From Eledone cirrhosa (lineage: Eukaryota), in contig OZ024741.1 in the NCBI GenBank assembly GCA_964016885.1, forward strand, positions 204,538,001 through 204,602,000: DNA of 64,000 nt, given 5' to 3'. Every line of letters begins with the position of its first letter. Position 1 is the stretch's first letter. Made by a program: the position numbers and the translations under genes. The notes under the pieces were generated by a model. The model was given only the letters and a program-made list of their open reading frames with translations. It did no database searches and was not told the origin of the DNA. Shown in pieces: positions 52,190-62,399 of the stretch.

Positions 52190-52766
52190 GTCATTTTAAC
52201 ACACTCGGTACACCAGTACATTTTAACTCTAAACATCTGAATATATGAATTAACAAACATGCTTTTAGATATTTCCAGATAATAATTCTCTTTTAGAAAA
52301 GGTATTTCTCATGCCATTTTCTGATTACCTTATTTTTTAAATGTTATTAGTGTGTACTCTAGTGGAAGATAATTTCTATATCTAACTGAATTGAGCAAAA
52401 CCTGGTGTAATAGAATTACATTCTTGAAATAAGTTTAATCTTCCTATTTATTTAACTATTTTGATATCAAACCACCTGAAACCTCCCCCAATTCGATGAT
52501 ATAAAACTGTTTATTTTAAAATATTTACTTTGACTTAAAAACCTTCCATCATGTCATGTAGGAACCTTTGTTGTGTTGCATACATCAGCTTGATAATAAG
52601 AGTTATATTATTAAATCTCTCCAAATTCTTGATTATTCTCAAAATTAATTGAAAATTAGTCAGTGTCTTTCATTAGAAATATGGTTACAATGTTTAGTAA
52701 GCTAAAGTAAAATCTACATTCTGCTTTTCAATTTTATGAATGAATAATTAATGTCTATTTGATTAG

Positions 52767-52899
52767 AATGAAAGCCTCTGGAGAGCTGCCATTACTGAGT
52801 ATGAGTATCTCTGACCAAAAACTACAAGCAATTCTTCAACTTCTTCAGAGCATTCCTTTTCAACAGTCTGAACCTCCACCACCAGAAGACATGTTTAAG
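52767..52899 (+). CDS. VPS13: VPS13 exon w19
   Basis: gattag|A...AAG|gtgagt; MKASGELPLLSMSISDQKLQAILQLLQSIPFQQSEPPPPEDMFK. Confidence 0.95.
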
Positions 52900-53608
52900 G
52901 TGAGTTAAAATAATAAAAAAAGAGATCAATAAAATAAGTACTGGAGTCAATACCATCAAATGAACTCCTTTAAAGCAGTGACCCAGCATGAAATGAAAAA
53001 AAACTTAAATAACAAAAATAAGAGGAAGGAGTGAATAGCAAACTCTACACCCCAGCAGAGAAAACTACCAATTTATGTTTGTGTGTTTGTGTTTGTGCAT
53101 TATGGCCAAATGGTTAAGGAGTTTGCATTGTAATCATTAACTCCCAAGTTTGAACCCACTGCATGGTATCTTGGACAAGTGCCCTTTACCTTGGGTCGAC
53201 CCATGCCTCATGAGTAAAATTGGGTAGATGGAAACTGTTTGGAAGCCAATCAGATGGACTGTATCTGTAAAATGGCCAGCCTTGTTGCACTATGTGTTAT
53301 GCTGAATCATTTTGAGAATTACTTTAAGTGTATGCATGTCTATGGATGTTCAGTCACTTACACATTAGTTGTATATGCATGTTGTTCCGTTGATCAAACA
53401 ACTGTAACACTCATTGTCAAAATCAATGTAGATCCATTGATCAATCATGTTTGTGTGTGTGTTTGTTTGTTTTTGAGTGATATATAAATGGTTACAATTA
53501 GAAATGAAAATTAAATGACATTGAGAATTTGCCTCTAATCTACTACACTTAGATAATAAAGATATTTAAACATTTTTTACATGTATCTTTCATTTTCTAT
53601 ATCTTTAG

Positions 53609-53656
53609 GGCCCCAGTCTACTGCCAAGTGAAAACATTTCAACACTTCCTTTACAA
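53609..53656 (+). CDS. VPS13: VPS13 exon w20 (linker)
   Basis: ctttag|GGC...CAA|gtgagt; GPSLLPSENISTLPLQ; phase 0-0, good splice sites, poorly conserved linker. Confidence 0.72.
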
Positions 53657-53799
53657 GTGAGTTATATGAATTTGTGTTTATTAGAGATTATATGAAGAGG
53701 ATTAATCTCTTAATTTTTAAAGTCCAGTTATTATTTTTTAGTCTAATCTTGTTACACTTAATTTTTAAGTAAATATACTAAAAAATTAAGTAAATTCAT

Positions 53800-54165
53800 C
53801 ATAATAATTTTTACATCTACCTTTCCATGTTTACATAGACTGGATGGGACTTCTTTGACACAGCTTCAATCCACTTGTGTTCCTTCATCATCTCTTCTGT
53901 GAAGTTCAACATTCTGACTAGCTTTTCTTTAGTCATCCTCGCTTGCAACTTTCTTCCTCTGGGAACTCTTGACCCTTCTTCATCCAATGATCATCCTCCA
54001 TGCACATTACATGCCCATACCAGCACAATTTTCTCTCTTGCACACTGCATCTAATTTCTCTTATGCCCAGTACTTTTTTTCTCAACTCAGCTATATTACC
54101 TTGTTTATGCACACTAACATTACACATCCAACAGAGCATGCTTGATTCATTTCTGTCTAACCTTC
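53800..54165 (-). mobile_element. RTE 3' fragment, decayed
   Basis: MLCWMCNVSVH...VQERKLCWYGHVMCM. Confidence 0.78.
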
Positions 54166-54374
54166 ACACAGTCCTTATGACCAAATTCTCCTCAAAAGTT
54201 TCAAATCTTAAATCAATTCAAATTAATCGTTCTACTACTTTAACTTGAATTGCAACATTGAACTTCTTTTTGGACACCCATAACAACAGCTTTTAACTTA
54301 TTATTTGCAATAAATAGTACTAGAAAATATTTTCAATAGATTGACTATACAAAAACCTTATTTTGTTTGTCTAG

Positions 54375-54467
54375 CAACAGTCAGAAATTAAAAAAAGACA
54401 ACTCCGAAAAACTACATCAGAGTATGTCAACCTTATTGACATGGAACTGAATTTCGAAATCAAAGAG
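54375..54467 (+). CDS. VPS13: VPS13 exon w21
   Basis: gtctag|CAA...GAG|gtaaat; QQSEIKKRQLRKTTSEYVNLIDMELNFEIKE; a second in-frame AG lies 6 nt downstream. Confidence 0.88.
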
Positions 54468-54565
54468 GTAAATAACTTCAGCTCCTTAATTTCAGTCCAT
54501 TATTTCTACTGCTTATCATGATAGTTCCTTCTTTTACTTACTTGAATTATCCGTATTTCTGTCAG

Positions 54566-54722
54566 GTCCGACTAAAGATTGCACAGACAGTAAACACCCA
54601 AGAACTTCCACTTCTAAATTTTTTCGTGCTATCTCTTGGTACTAATGTAGTCCTGAGAACATTTGATATGTCAGTCGGTGCTTATCTTGGTGGAATTTAC
54701 CTTCAGCATCAGGATTTTTCCT
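54566..54722 (+). CDS. VPS13: VPS13 exon w22
   Basis: tgtcag|GTC...TCCT|gtgagt; VRLKIAQ...LGTNVVLRTFDMSVGAYLGGIYLQHQDFS. Confidence 0.93.
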
Positions 54723-55846
54723 GTGAGTACACTAACTTTTTTCTATTTAAATTAGAAATGTAATTTGTTATATCTGAATAGAAAATCATGCAAAATTCCA
54801 GAGCTTTCTCCTATAATTTCTTTTCTCTATCCATTTTGAAAAACTGGATATATATTCATGGAATTAGTGCTATGGTCACATATTATTCTTCATACTAATT
54901 ATTTTTTATGTTGGTCAGCTAGTGAAAGTTGTGCTGCTTTTAAACGAGTAAAATATTTAACATAATTCTTTAACTTGTAAGGTAAAAATCTAAATTGATA
55001 TACCCACCCTGAAGAGCATAAGTGTATTAACAGTTGTGCATATGAATATATTTTAAATGATTTCTTCTATTAGCTTAGATCGTCAGATTTATAATCTAAT
55101 TACTAGTTCTTATTTTATACACTCTGGTAGGATTTATATTTAGGACATAGAAGGATAGAACTAAATATAAAAGCCCATTTAATCTGTTTTAAGAGCTTAG
55201 TCAGAGGAGAAGTAGTGTCCAAATGGTTTCAATAGAGTGGACTCTGATAAAGACCCCAAGACTTAGCTGGTGTTGTTAAACTGGGTAATGGATTAATCTG
55301 CCACCTAAAAGCAATTTAGTGTGTTTGTATACAGTTTCTGTCTACTAAATCGCACTCAAGACTTTTTTTAACATGGGGTTATGGTAGAAATCACTTGAAG
55401 AAGGTACAGTTTAAAAACCTTGAAGTTACAAAGCAAACTTCTTACCCACATAGCTGTATCTGTACCCATATTAGTATCTGTTGAGATCATACATTGGTTA
55501 TCATATTAGATGTATATTTAGTTATTCCTAGGGTTTTAATCTAAATTAAATTGAACATAATAAGTTCAAATTTCAAGAAGTAAAAAAATGGGCAGTGACA
55601 GGACTTGAACCCTTGGCATTAGTATTACCAATTGCACGAGAGTCAACTGTCATTTTTCTCTCTTTCTTCCCAGCCACTACAAATCTATTGTTTCTGTTAT
55701 TTTAACTGTGATATTCTGTTTGCATAAGATAATATAGTTGTAACAAAATAGCCTAGTTAACTAATGCCTAGCATATCAAGCTGTCCTGCTGTGCTTGCAA
55801 TGAGAAATAACACCACAAATCATGTTACTGATATCATTTATCATAG

Positions 55847-57037
55847 CAGGGACTAGAAAGAAAGGGTCTCAAAGTCAACCTGACAAAGACTAAGGTCCTT
55901 GTAAGTAGACTAGAAAACAGAACCCAGATCCCCTCAGGGAAATGGCCTTGCTCAGTATGTAGGAAAGGTGTAGGTAGGAACTCCATTCTCTGCCCCAAAT
56001 GCAAACAATGGGTACACAAGAAATGTAGCGGGATCTCAGGAAGCTTAATTAAGAATGTAGGTTTCACATGTAGCAGCTGTGCTGGGACAGCAAACAGCCA
56101 CAGGAAACAAGTACCACCAATCTCTGGGAGGGCTCTGTAGAAACAGTAGACAGCTTCTGCTACCTAGGTGACCGAATTAGCAGCAGAGGTGGGTGTTCAG
56201 AAAGTACAATAACTAGGGTAAGAACGGGATGGAAGAAGTTCAGGGAACTACTACCACTGCTAGCTGCAAAAGGCTTTTCCCTCAAAATGAAAGGCAGACT
56301 GTATGATGCGTGTATACGAACAGCAATGTTACATGGTAGTGAGACCTGGGCGCTGAAGGTGGAAGACTTACGTAGATTAGAAACAAACGAAGCCTGCATG
56401 CTCCGATGGATGTGTAATAGTAATATACGCGAACGGCAAAGCATAAACGAATTGAGAGAGAGACTGAGCATAAGAGGAATCAAATGCTGTGTGCAGGAGA
56501 GGCGGTTGCGTTGGTATGGACATGTGATGTGTATGAAGGATGACAGCTACATAAAAAGGCGCAGAGCTCTAGAAGTCAATGGAAACCACTGAGTGGGGAG
56601 ACCCTAGAAGACCTGGGATGAGATGATAAAAGCCGACCTTACCCAATTACAACTCTCAAAGGCGATGACACACGACCGTGACCTCTGGCGTCACGCAGTA
56701 GTAATACAGAGTACCCAACCTCCCATCGGTACAAGCTGAAGCATATAGACAGTATGCCCCCACCCCCTCCCACTGCAAAGTGGTCGTGGAGGTGCCACGG
56801 CAAAAAAGCACCCAGCCCACACTGTAAAGTGGATGTGTAGGCGCCACGGAAAAAAAGCACCCAGCACTCACTGTAAATGAGGTTGGTGTTAAGAAGGGCA
56901 TCTAGCTGTAGAAATCAAGCCCAAATCAGTTCCTGTATGAGCAAGGCATGGTCAGCCGACCAGACACTGCCCACAACAGGACAACCCGTCTAACCCATGC
57001 TAGCATGGAAGAACGGACGTAAAACGGTGATGATGAT
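55847..57037 (+). mobile_element. RTE LINE, 5'-truncated
   Basis: GLERKGLKVNLTKTK, PHD-like finger, MKGRLYDACIRTAMLHGSETW; 3' UTR modules; (GAT)n tail. Confidence 0.94.
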
Positions 57038-57271
57038 ACAAGCCATATCTCACTCACCAAATGAAACATTGAATAAAGTTTGTATATTTATATCTGCCAT
57101 TTATAACTTTATACATAGACATAAAGATACTTTCTTTCACACAAAGGTTACATAGTATTGTCAAAATTGTTAATCATTAGGATCTGGAGCTGATTAGATA
57201 TTCAAATACAACAGAGATTAATCTATTGGAATTTTTGTTAAGTAACTGTTAATAATTAAAGTATTAGAGAG

Positions 57272-57490
57272 TGGTGGGTTGGCAGAATTGGTAGAACATT
57301 GGATAAAATGCCATTGTGGTATTTGTTCTGGCTCTTAACATTCTAAGTTCAAATATCACTGATGTCAGCTTTGCCTTTCATCCTTTTGGTGTTGATAAAC
57401 TAAAGTAACAATGAAGTACTTGAATTTATTTAATCAACTTTGCCCTTCCCCGATATTTGCTGGTCTTGTACCTAAATTACAAACTAATAT
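57272..57490 (+). mobile_element. Nin-like SINE, decayed
   Basis: gtggtgggttggcagaattggtaga...ctttgcctttcatcctttt. Confidence 0.72.
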
Positions 57491-57639
57491 CTAAAGTATT
57501 AATTTTTGCCCATTAGTTATTTCTGTTTTATTTTCTTAAATATTAAGTTTTATGAACTTGTGTTAAACTGATTTGATTAAATGGTGTAGCAAATTTGTTT
57601 CATATTAAATTGTATTACATAATACATTCTTTTTTCTAG

Positions 57640-57728
57640 CTGATCCAAATGGTAAAGTTATAAATCTAATTCACACACCAAATGCTGATAATACAGACAA
57701 CAAGTTATTGATTTTGGATTACCTTAAG
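57640..57728 (+). CDS. VPS13: VPS13 exon w23
   Basis: ttctag|CT...AAG|gtatac; (S)DPNGKVINLIHTPNADNTDNKLLILDYLK. Confidence 0.9.
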
Positions 57729-58297
57729 GTATACTCTTTTACAGTATCTCTTGATGTATCTGGGATATGTGAGGTTTTAATCTATTGCTTGAAATATTTT
57801 GGAAACTGGCTCGAAATTGTTTCCATTTCTCCAAATAACAATCTAAAAATGTAAAGTCTTTAGTTCTTTAGTTCCTTTTACTCCTCCAGAAATCTATTCC
57901 ACACAATTGCAAGCCCTGTCAAGGGCCTGCTCTCAAACAAGGTATCTGTCATTTCTGTAGCAGTGGAGGTAAGTTGCTAGCCTAATGCTCCATCCCTCCT
58001 CTATTCTCAACATAAACTGAAAACTAACCGAGCATTTTAAAGTCAAGATGGGAGAAGGGGTTTATAACCCTGGATAGGAGCTTACTTCAAGTACTGAAGC
58101 CAGAGCCAGCTGAGCCTGGGACCCATATCATCCATTTCTTCAAATCACTTTACTCTCTTTTCAAAGTAACAGAATATAAAATACCTGAAGAAAAACCTTT
58201 ATAAAAGACCTTTAAAAAACTAAAATTAAATGTGCCTTTGCTTTTTGTTTGTTTTTGTTTTTTTAGCATTGTAAACAAATAATTCTTTGTTTTACAG

Positions 58298-58580
58298 GCT
58301 CATCTTAATGCTCCTGACTTCAAAACGATCTACCATAACACTGAACAATCAATATCAGTCTCTTTCTCGATGCTAGAATTACTGCTTGACCAGACTGCAA
58401 TCATTGACCTTTTACAATTTGCTCAAAAAGTATCACCCCCTGCATCTACTGCAAATGTATTACCACCTATTACAGAAAAAAGTGTTCCAGCTTTAAAAAC
58501 TAATATTAATCAAACTGACAAAAAAACAAAACTAGAAAACAAAGAAAATAAAAAAGAACCTGAAAAGAAGCCTATCAAGA
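58298..58580 (+). CDS. VPS13: VPS13 exon w24
   Basis: ttacag|GCT...AAGA|gtaaga; AHLNAPDFKTIYHNTEQSISVSFSMLELLLDQTAIIDLLQF...PIK. Confidence 0.93.
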
Positions 58581-58789
58581 GTAAGATTTTACTGTGTTGT
58601 GGGGTGGTAGGGTATGTGAATGTAAATGTGTGTGTGTATGTATATATATATGTGTGTTTGTATATATGTATGTTTTTCTTTGTGTGTTTTTCTACATTTT
58701 TTGTGTAAAATTTATTGCTTGTACTCGAAGTCTTGTCTTTTCCATGTCAAAGCCCATACTAAATTTTTTTTTATACTGAATCCCAATGC

Positions 58790-59133
58790 ACCTCGCCCAC
58801 CTAAGTCCCCAAACCACACTGTAAAGTGATCATTTTGGTGCCATGACAAAAAGCGCCCTGTCCACACTGTAAAGCGGTCGTGTAGGTGTCACAATAAAAA
58901 TTCCCAGACCATATTGTAAAGTGGTAATGTAAGTTTCACAACAAAAACACCCAGTACACACTATATATATGGTTGGCATTAGAAAGGGTATCCAGCCATA
59001 GAAACCAAGCCAAAATCAGTTCTATATGAGCAAGACACAGTCATCCAACCTGGTTTGTCTCACAACAGGAGAGCTCGTCTAACCCAGGCTAGCATCGAAA
59101 ATGGATGTTAAACGGTGATGATGATGATGATGA
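58790..59133 (+). mobile_element. RTE 3' UTR and tail, decayed, four tandem modules
   Basis: cacactgtaaag modules, ttagaaagggtatccagcc, (GAT)n tail. Confidence 0.8.
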
Positions 59134-59258
59134 CTAAAATCATTCAAAGATATATCCAAATATTACTTTTGTATATTTTATACTACCACTATCACTTTTA
59201 TTTATCAATAAGAGAAAAAACTTTGTCAAATTAAGATTGTGTCCTTTATTTTTAATTA

Positions 59259-59432
59259 ATAATTATTTCTACTTTTGGCACAAGGCCAGCAATTACTCCA
59301 GTGCATTACTGGTGCTTTATTTTATCGACCCCGTAAGGATGAAAGTTAAAGTTAACCTCAGCGGGATTTGAACTCAGAACATAAACAGCCATAACTCTTT
59401 GCTGCAAAGCACAGTGTCTGACGTTCTACCGA
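59259..59432 (-). mobile_element. Nin-domain-like SINE
   Basis: ataattatttctacttttggcacaaggccagc...gatttgaactcag...ctaccgat. Confidence 0.85.
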
Positions 59433-59696
59433 TTAATAATATTAATTAGAAATTATTAATATTTAATAATAATTATATTACCATATCCATCTATATATAA
59501 TATACACTTATGCATAACAACTTTACATTACTCTGATGTTTAGAATTCCAAACATTTTACATTATATCAAATTTCGTTCCTTCTGAGGTTGATAAAATAA
59601 AGTATCAGTGGAGTACTGGCGTCATTGATAATGCCTCCTGCACCACCACACAAAGATTGTTGGCCTTGTGCCTAAATTAGAAACCACTATTACCAT

Positions 59697-60074
59697 TAGT
59701 CATTTTCAGCATTTAAAACTGTATATTTTAATTGATTTGATCTCTGATTGTAACCAGCTGTCTTATTTCTGGATATATTTATCTTAGCAGACTGGATTCG
59801 GATTAAGAAGCTTTATGTCTAAACTAATGATAATAATTGTTTCTACTTTTGGTACAAGGCCAACAATTACCCCAGTGCAACATAAAGTACCAATAATTCA
59901 CTGGGGTAATTGCTGGCCTTGTGCCTAAATTAGAAACCCTTATTACCATTAGTTTAGACATAAAGCTTCTTAATCCGAATCCAGTCTGCTAAGATAAACA
60001 TATCCAGAAGTAAGACAGCTGGTTACAATCAGAGATCAATTAAAATGTACAGTTTTAAATGTTGGAAATGACTA
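59697..60074. repeat. Long inverted repeat (arms about 180 bp, 21-nt loop)
   Basis: 59697-59877 is the near-perfect reverse complement of 59899-60074. Confidence 0.92.
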
Positions 60075-60337
60075 CCAAGTAAGCCACTAAATTCAATTTA
60101 AGTAACTAGGTCCATCTCCAGCAAAAACATGGCCTTGTATTTTATTAAAAGATACCATATTTGATGTATAAAATTATTCTATTTTGAAATGAACAAATTT
60201 ATATATATATATATATATATATTTATTAAAATAACAGATTAAAGTTTAAGCAAAGATTGCTGCTTTCACTCTTAACGGGATCTTCTGAAACTAACAAAGT
60301 ATATATATATATACATATACATATATATATATATACA

Positions 60338-60373
<36 letters not shown>

Positions 60374-60682
60374 TGGCTGCCAACTCGTTTTCGAGTATGG
60401 CCACTACTTTATATCCATGTAGGAGAACTCCTACCGATGCGCTGAACGAGTGTGACTTTTTAGTCCAGGCAGCGACTTGAAAACTCTGGTACAAACACTA
60501 CACTTGTGACAATTATTGACACACAGTGCTGGGCCCATGGTACCATGTGACAACAAGTGCAGAGAGATCTCCAGATATAAAGCAATGCCTGTGCCGTGAA
60601 GCTTTTATAGTGAGCAAAGGCACTGCACAAAGCCAGTCCCACTCTCTTAACCAAGATGATATTTACCAAAAAGAAGAACATG

Positions 60683-60724
<42 letters not shown>

Positions 60725-60728
<4 letters not shown>

Positions 60729-61082
60729 AAAGTTATATTTAAAATTGTTGGGTTACAACTAGTAAATATTTATAACTGATATAAAAGCACTCGACAAATA
60801 TTTGGAGTATATTTACAATATTAAATAAATGGAAACTATATTTATAAAACCATATTTATTTCATTATATATATTTCAGGGATATCATATTAAAAATATGG
60901 TATGCCCTCTTCAGACAATTTGACTTGGTGTCCTTGAAGTGTGTATAATGAGGTAGGTATGGTTTTATAAATGTGGTTTCCATTTGTTAATATCATATGT
61001 TTACTCCAAATAATTGTTGAGTGCTTTATACCAGTTGTAAGAGTCTTTGCTTGTTGTGTCCCAACAATTTAAATAGAACTTT

Positions 61083-61127
<45 letters not shown>

Positions 61128-61468
61128 GCAAAGGTTTTATTTAAAATTGTTGGGTTACGAGTAGATATTTTGTAACTGATATGGGAGCACTCAACAGGTT
61201 TTGGAGTATTTTACGATATTAAACGGGTGGAAGCTACATTTGTGGAACCATATTTGTTTCATTGTGTGTATTTCGGGGATATCATATTAAAAAATAACTT
61301 TTTAAATGGAAGTTGTAAAATTTTTTAAGGTATGTCAAATTTATTTATAAAACTGTTTATATATTGTCTGAAGAGGGCATACCATATTTTTAATATGATA
61401 TCCCTGAAATATATATAATGAAATAAATATGGTTTTATAAATATAGTTTCCATTTATTTAATATTGTA
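60725..61468. mobile_element. Four-copy inverted repeat complex in (TA)n tracts, probable Penelope-like terminal repeats
   Basis: A 60725-60919, B 60926-61085 (inverted), (TA)n, C 61127-61295, D 61363-61468 (inverted); CTGAAGA-stem-GAAA motif in D. Confidence 0.7.
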
Positions 61469-61533
61469 TATATATATATATATACATACTATATATATAT
61501 ATATATACATTTTTTATCTCTCCCACCTTGCAG

Positions 61534-61650
61534 AAAAGGGAAAAGCAAGAGATCCAGAAATTATCGACATCAAAGTTATAGCTCGACTTGATACAATATC
61601 TATTGGCATTTCCTCACCGACTCAACTCATTACTAAGATCAAGGTGAAAG
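61534..61650 (+). CDS. VPS13: VPS13 exon w25 (gene continues beyond the window)
   Basis: ttgcag|AA...AAAG|gtatgt; KGKARDPEIIDIKVIARLDTISIGISSPTQLITKIKVK(G). Confidence 0.9.
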
Positions 61651-62399
61651 GTATGTAACTTTATTTTATTTAACATGTTTCTTCAATTAAATTATAATCT
61701 TCCAACATAATTTCCTATAAAAACTATATGCTATGTTACAAATGCCATTTTAATAATGAAATCATTTTTGTAAATACCTCCAAATTCTTCTTTCATCAAC
61801 TCAAATACAGTGTATTTTATTAGAACTATAGTAATGAAGGGGTTAGCTTTCTCTTAGTGTCTCACTTGTATTTTATTGCTCATAATTTTCACTTCACTTC
61901 ACTTTTGAAACTCATCCTTGATGGTAGTGTCTCTGTTGGTTGTCTGTCTTAAGAAGGGAAACATGAGCGATATATCAATTATATGAATATTATATTTTGT
62001 TTTAATTAGTTTACTTGAAAGAAGTATTGATCTTAGTGTCTTCAGCACTTGGGAATTGGGATAACTAGATGATGATGTGGTTGGGATCAGTTTGAGTTCT
62101 TGAAGCCAATTAGTCATTAGAAAGAAATTATTGTTCTGAGAGATGAAAAATTAACCTTTTCATTACCATATTTCCAATAAAAAACAGTGCCTATGATTTT
62201 CAAATAATTTTTTAAATAATCAAGAATTTGAAGGGATATAACCCACTTTTTCATTATTAATCTGGAGTTTGGAGTAGAACTTCACAAAATTTTCACAAAA
62301 CTTGCAAAAAGGAGTAACATTCTGATTGATGTGTAATTAGCTTGACTTATATATATTGTTAGACTTATAAACAATATATAATTCATATGTAAATCACAT

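Noticed and set aside
56770-56890. CRISPR-like short repeats
   Set aside because: Degenerate tandem modules of a LINE 3' UTR with no unique spacers; eukaryotic intron, no cas genes.
58581-58829. Extension of exon w24 and overlapping ORFs
   Set aside because: Past the gtaaga donor the frame runs into (TG)/(TA) repeats; phase 1 at 58580 matches w25.
61127-61295. CpG decay or APOBEC-type G>A in copy A as the cause of the A/G differences
   Set aside because: Copy B agrees with A at most of these sites and has its own + strand Gs elsewhere; most contexts are not CpG. Only 61215 and 61275 look like ancestral CpG.
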